DNA from: an uncultured virus (IMG/VR IMGVR_UViG_3300010347_001950)
Lineage: Duplodnaviria; Heunggongvirae; Uroviricota; Caudoviricetes
DNA length: 64,000 nt
IMG/VR virus record: IMGVR_UViG_3300010347_001950
Reading direction: 5' to 3' (one strand)
In this document: one piece after another, positions 59,196 through 64,000 of the stretch
How positions within the stretch are numbered: the first letter of the stretch is position 1
How the letters are laid out: every line of letters begins with the position of its first letter
Position numbers and translations under genes: made by a program
The notes under the pieces: generated by a model
Databases searched by the model: none
Told to the model about the DNA's origin: nothing
Seen by the model: only the letters and a program-made list of their open reading frames with translations

Positions 59196-62100
59196 ATGTT
59201 TAATTTGCGATTTTATAAAGAAGCCCAAAACAAACCAAGAGACCTTAGGTCCGATATATATAATCAGATGCTTGAGGAGCATGAGCCGCTACAATTTGCG
59301 AAGGAAGAGCATACTAGCGACAAACAGCCACCAATTGTATATGATAAAAAATATCCTTCGCCAAGCAAAAAGGGGTTAAATGATACAAATTTTTTGAGTA
59401 TATATTCTCCAATTTATCAATCGTATATAGAACAGTTTAGGGGGAAAAGCGATGAAGAGCTTATGTCTATATTGGATGACATTATATCAAAATATCCCCC
59501 TAAAAAAGCTGATACATATGAATGGAATATTGATATAAATATTAGAGCGAAATATCAGGCTGCATATGAATTATTATATAAAGTTTTGGATAAACAACCA
59601 CGCTTAAGTCAAGAAGAACGAAAGAAACAACTACAAGATAAGATATATAAGGATATACAACCATATGTAGACAAGATTGTGGATCTATTGCGCGGCAATC
59701 CATATGCCGAAAGTATTATTTATACTGCTAGCGCTGATGAACCTAGGCAGCTAAGAGGTATACCAGAAGGCATTGGCATTAAGGTTCATTTAATATTAAA
59801 AGATATTAGAAATTATATTTTTGATAATATGCGCATTGATAATACCAAAAAGGTTGCGGCTTCATATGAGGTCCTTGAGAGATTTATGTCAGAGGTCGCA
59901 AAGAAACTTGGTATTCCATTTTTACCACACTTAATGCGCATGTTTGGTAACCCTCATTTTTCAGAAGTAGCACGCGAGTTTAAAGAATATATGCCGGAGG
60001 GATTAGATCAAGAGCAATCAATAGAAACAAAAATAAAAGCTATCGAAAAAATAAGACAACAGTATGTTATGGCTGGTGTATATGATACTAAAAAGTTATA
60101 TGAAAGATTAAAAGAACAATACCCCAACGTTATGACGCCAGCTATATTTACGCAACTCGCTAGACCAAATCAAACCATGACGGGGGCTAGCATAAATACA
60201 GCAGACAGACTTGGCAGATTATTTGATGACGTAGCCCCGAATGGCAATGGAGTTGCGTTAGTCAAAAATCTTATTAATTTAATTAATAGAGAGATAGCCG
60301 GTCAATATTACACAGAAGCAGCAATGGCTGGCATAGCAAAACTATGGTCTATGCCCGTCACAGACAAAGAAGGTCGCGTACTTAATGACTATATGCGCAA
60401 CTTCAAACCAATAACTAAATATGAAATACTTGATGTTGCAGGTTTTACATATGAAGCGTATCCAAGTACGTTTCCAGAAGACGAATTATTGCCTAAAGAG
60501 GAAGATTTTATTACTATAGATGGTGTACCTCAGGAGGGTGTTATAAATGATATAGCGTATAAAAGACGTATTGCTGGTATACTTGACGAATGCCTAATGG
60601 TAATAAATTGTGTTGAACCAGAAACACTATATGAGTTTTTTAATTATAGTACCAAAAGGCATGATTTCCCGCCTGGTTCTACGAAAGAAATGATATTTTT
60701 TATTTGGGATACAGTATGTGAGCGCAAGATACCAAAATTTGTTGAACTATTGTCATATACTGGGCATTATAACAATCCTGATTTTATTTCAAAGATAGAA
60801 AATGCTATGGACAGTAAAAAACAAATAGATTTCGATTTTATTGGGTTTAGTTTTGCTGATACTATCAATAGCATGAACGAAAGAATTATTATTAATACAC
60901 TTAGGAATGATTATGGTTTAATGGCAACAGCGTATCAAATGACTATTAATTCTCCGTCAGGATGTACAATTAACCCAAGAGGATTTAATGTCGATTTTAT
61001 GTTTCCGGCCGATGTGTTAACTGGGTGGAGCAACAATCAAAACGGCGAATTACAACCAGTGGTACAAACCCAGGTAGTTTTTGTGGGAGAAATGCTTGGA
61101 TGGGATCAGAACAATCCATTTAATCCCAGGCTATACCCAAAGTTTGATCCAAAAAATAATATCAAAACTCCGGATGGTAGAATGTGGCTTGTTACTATGC
61201 AAACGGACAGCGGTGAAGTAAAAGTCATGCTTGGAATTAAAAAAGAAAACATTGACGAAGAAGACATAGACGCATATGAATTTAGAGAAGCGATGGTTGG
61301 AGATGAATATAAAATACGCACCGAGTGGAAAAAAATGTATGAAACTTTTGTATCACATATATTGGGCGGTAGCACAATATTTATAAAACATAATTTCACA
61401 CAAGAAGAATTACAAGAAGAGCTAAATAAACAATCTATATTATGGTCGTATAAATATGGCGAAACTATTAGCCCATCGCTGGCAGAAGTAATAGAATACG
61501 CCAAGGAACATCCAGAATCTGATATGTCTAAGTATTTTAAGATTGTTAATAAGGTATATTCAAATGGTAGAACAGAAAAGGGATATATACAAAGAAAATT
61601 TACTCCCAAGCAGGCATTTTTGATATCTGCTATTTCTCAATATAGATTCCAAGAAGGATTACTTCCTATTATTGTAAGAGCTCAAGAAGAAGGATACGCC
61701 ACAACGGCTATGTTAAATTATTTCCAGGAAGTATCAAAGATCAATAATACGATATCTGAATTATTCAAAAAATACAAAAGTTCTTACGATATGTATGTGC
61801 ATTTTATGAGTAGCGGCGATCTGGCATCAGCATCTAGAGAAAGAGAAATGTTGCGTAGATACTCTGAGAGTATAAATAGAAATAAAATATTGCTTAATCA
61901 AATCAAAGAACGATATGTTGGAAATATAATAAATATATTTCGCAGATTCGAAAATGGAGAACTTGATGCTCCAGAAGTTGTTAGTATGCAGCAGAGATAT
62001 ATATCTGGGCTAAACGAATTACAAAGACTTTTTGACGAATCGCTTAAAGAAAACATAGATATTACTAAAGATTTAACAGACGAAGAAAGAAGCATGATTG

Positions 62101-62264
62101 TTAAAAAAAGACAAGAACTATCTATGGAAATAAGAAGTATATTTAATAAGATGAATTTAAACAAAGCTTCTTTTGTTGACCCATTTCCTGTTCCTGTGTT
62201 GCGGTCATCAAATAACGCGAAAGTAACTGCTTCTTGGTACAGGAATCGTATAATAATGAATTGA
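59196..62264 (+). CDS. Large protein with putative PD-(D/E)xK-like nuclease domain
   Basis: 1022 aa; FNVDFMFP...FVGEMLG...YKIRTEWKK; N-terminus MFNLRFYKEAQ. Confidence 0.6.
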   Translation: MFNLRFYKEAQNKPRDLRSDIYNQMLEEHEPLQFAKEEHTSDKQPPIVYDKKYPSPSKKGLNDTNFLSIYSPIYQSYIEQFRGKSDEELMSILDDIISKYPPKKADTYEWNIDINIRAKYQAAYELLYKVLDKQPRLSQEERKKQLQDKIYKDIQPYVDKIVDLLRGNPYAESIIYTASADEPRQLRGIPEGIGIKVHLILKDIRNYIFDNMRIDNTKKVAASYEVLERFMSEVAKKLGIPFLPHLMRMFGNPHFSEVAREFKEYMPEGLDQEQSIETKIKAIEKIRQQYVMAGVYDTKKLYERLKEQYPNVMTPAIFTQLARPNQTMTGASINTADRLGRLFDDVAPNGNGVALVKNLINLINREIAGQYYTEAAMAGIAKLWSMPVTDKEGRVLNDYMRNFKPITKYEILDVAGFTYEAYPSTFPEDELLPKEEDFITIDGVPQEGVINDIAYKRRIAGILDECLMVINCVEPETLYEFFNYSTKRHDFPPGSTKEMIFFIWDTVCERKIPKFVELLSYTGHYNNPDFISKIENAMDSKKQIDFDFIGFSFADTINSMNERIIINTLRNDYGLMATAYQMTINSPSGCTINPRGFNVDFMFPADVLTGWSNNQNGELQPVVQTQVVFVGEMLGWDQNNPFNPRLYPKFDPKNNIKTPDGRMWLVTMQTDSGEVKVMLGIKKENIDEEDIDAYEFREAMVGDEYKIRTEWKKMYETFVSHILGGSTIFIKHNFTQEELQEELNKQSILWSYKYGETISPSLAEVIEYAKEHPESDMSKYFKIVNKVYSNGRTEKGYIQRKFTPKQAFLISAISQYRFQEGLLPIIVRAQEEGYATTAMLNYFQEVSKINNTISELFKKYKSSYDMYVHFMSSGDLASASREREMLRRYSESINRNKILLNQIKERYVGNIINIFRRFENGELDAPEVVSMQQRYISGLNELQRLFDESLKENIDITKDLTDEERSMIVKKRQELSMEIRSIFNKMNLNKASFVDPFPVPVLRSSNNAKVTASWYRNRIIMN

Positions 62265-62291
62265 ATATAACAAAGTAAATATACTTCAAAA

Positions 62292-62783
62292 ATGGAGGTT
62301 GTAAATATTATGAAAGTATCATCCCCTGATTTCCAATGGTTGCAAGACGCGATTAATAAGGCGCGTAAGTTTAAACCAAGCGATTGGGTTGGATCTGCAA
62401 ATTCTCTTAGAGTGCCGTCTGTAAAGGCGGTTGATTTGGGTGTAGTATTGCCAAAAACAGGGTGGTTAAGAATCGCGTTTGTTGATAGAGACAATAAAGA
62501 AAAAACATTGCTTTTAGAAGAAGATTTAACTAATTTTAGCCAAGTGGTTAAGGGTGTTGGTTTTGACAACAGCGGATCAACAGAGCCGGTTGTAATTAAA
62601 GGGGCATCTGTTGTATTTTCCACTAGGTGGGTATTAAGTTTTACTCCTTGGAGAGCAGTGGTTGAATTTAAGAACGTGAATGGCGTGAGATATCGATTCG
62701 ATGGCATGATACCGCTTGGTAGAAAAATTTCTGATTACTTTGCTGGGTTTGAGACATATCTTCAGCGTTTGGTACAATTTTAA
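62292..62783 (+). CDS. Hypothetical protein
   Basis: 163 aa; GGAGG favours the second ATG; followed by terminator. Confidence 0.7.
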   Translation: MEVVNIMKVSSPDFQWLQDAINKARKFKPSDWVGSANSLRVPSVKAVDLGVVLPKTGWLRIAFVDRDNKEKTLLLEEDLTNFSQVVKGVGFDNSGSTEPVVIKGASVVFSTRWVLSFTPWRAVVEFKNVNGVRYRFDGMIPLGRKISDYFAGFETYLQRLVQF

Positions 62784-62805
62784 TTTAGAAATAATTGATA
62801 TATGT

Positions 62806-62846
62806 ATATTAAAAAGCACGGATTTTAAATCCGTGCTTTTTAATAT
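62806..62846 (+). terminator. Intrinsic terminator (20-bp inverted repeat)
   Basis: atattaaaaagcacggattt-t-aaatccgtgctttttaatat. Confidence 0.9.
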
Positions 62847-62859
62847 CATTAAAATTTGT

Positions 62860-63330
62860 AGAATATCAGAAAACTCTTATACTTGTAGTGGGTAACGAAT
62901 GGCGTTAATGACAAATATCACCTTCTCCTATAAGTATAAGGATTGCAGAATATATTATCACCAATTTGAAGAGAATGACAAGACATGAGGCATGTAAACA
63001 GGATAGAGATATTGGTTATATTTGGGCAAGCAATTATCAACATATAATCAAAGACTTAAATGTTAAAGATTTGGCAAGAATCAAACTGGCAAAATCATCC
63101 AACAATGCAGGCATTGGTATATTCTATAAATTCTTAGAATATAAAGCATTATGGGCAAGCAAACGAGTTATCAAAATTGATAGGTGATTTGCTTCTTCAA
63201 AGATTTGCAATATATACAAACACAATCAAGCATTAACATTGTTCGATAGGGCATGGATTTGCGAAAACTGTGGTATAATACACGATAGAGATATAAATGT
63301 TTCAAATAACATCAAAGAAGACAGAGGTAA
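62860..63330 (+). mobile_element. tnpB: IS200/IS605 remnant with C-terminal tnpB pseudogene
   Basis: TTTGT|AGAATATCAGAAAAC...AATGGCGTT; IKDLNVKDL...FLEYKA...IDR*FASSKIC...CENCGIIHDRDINVS. Confidence 0.85.
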
Positions 63331-63333
63331 TTC

Positions 63334-64000
63334 ATGTATGTAGTAGCGGGCGGGGCTGGATTTTTAGGTTCTTATTTTGTTGATTTGCTAATTGATAGCG
63401 GAGAAGACATATTTGTTATAGACAACTTGCTGACTGGGAATATTGTAAATATAAAACATCATATGCATAAATCTAATTTTCATTTTGATGCATGCGATAT
63501 TAGAAATACCAATATTTCGGAATTGTTTGTCAACAAAACAATCAATGGTATATTTAATTTTGCTTCACCCGCAAGCCCGCCTGTATATATGAAACACGCA
63601 CTGTTAACTATGGAAAGCAATTCTATTGGCGTACAAAACTTGCTTAATATAGCGAAGGAACACAATGCTTTGTTTTTCCAGGCTTCCACAAGCGAGGTGT
63701 ATGGCGATCCATTAATACATCCGCAAGCCGAATCATATTATGGCAATGTTAATTGTTATGGCGAAAGAAGTATGTATGATGAAGGTAAGAGATACGCAGA
63801 AACTTTAATCAAAATATATCATGAAGAATTTGGAGTGAATACAAGAATTGCGCGTATTTTTAATACATATGGTCCGAGGATGGACATGCTTGATGGCAGA
63901 GTTATACCAACACTAATATGCCAAGCGATTAAGAATAAACCAATGACTGTATATGGTGGTAGTCAAACAAGAAGCTTTTGCTATGTTACAGATCTTATTG
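63334..64000 (+). CDS. uxs: UDP-glucuronate decarboxylase (UDP-xylose synthase), runs off the window
   Basis: VAGGAGFLGS, FASPASP, ASTSEVYGDP, YYGNVN, YDEGKRYAE, RIFNTYGPRM; absent from the ORF track because truncated. Confidence 0.92.
   Translation, partial: MYVVAGGAGFLGSYFVDLLIDSGEDIFVIDNLLTGNIVNIKHHMHKSNFHFDACDIRNTNISELFVNKTINGIFNFASPASPPVYMKHALLTMESNSIGVQNLLNIAKEHNALFFQASTSEVYGDPLIHPQAESYYGNVNCYGERSMYDEGKRYAETLIKIYHEEFGVNTRIARIFNTYGPRMDMLDGRVIPTLICQAIKNKPMTVYGGSQTRSFCYVTDLI

Noticed and set aside
61106..62707. Long antisense ORFs (167 and 269 aa) and similar shadow ORFs
   Set aside because: Opposite-strand shadows of well-supported genes

Overview
AT-rich, gene-dense 64 kb segment that reads as part of a large (jumbo/huge) tailed phage genome in the standard genetic code. 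It carries large virion-type genes (two tail-fibre-like paralogs, a baseplate-hub-like 1020 aa protein, 1367 aa and 2457 aa proteins) and DNA/nucleotide genes (UvsW-like SF2 helicase, RusA, DEDDh exonuclease, Nmad1/DUF1599, IMPDH/GMP reductase, archaeal-like thymidylate synthase, HAD phosphatase). It also carries an unusually complete glycan toolkit: Gmd, ColD-type dehydratase, Fcl/ColC, sugar C-methyltransferase, GT10, GT11, three GT7s, NPCBM-GT8 and UDP-glucuronate decarboxylase. Several exported/outer-membrane-type proteins point to a diderm host. Main observations beyond the ORF track: (1) at least six intergenic gaps hold differently deleted copies of one IS200/IS605 (tnpA-tnpB) element, with a shared covarying left-end hairpin, TTT(A/G)(T/C) target motif and conserved right-end/omega-RNA block; some appear to supply the promoter or RBS of the next phage gene; (2) a 1.3 kb non-coding region at the main strand switch has 100-bp direct repeats, an 84-T run, a (CG)n tract and degenerate 11-13 bp repeats, and is a candidate origin; (3) a tail-fibre-like paralog is split by a 310-bp insert whose junctions share CGG; (4) a shared short aromatic/basic terminal motif marks several large proteins that may be head-packaged cargo. 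All assignments come from motif recognition by eye; no database search was run.
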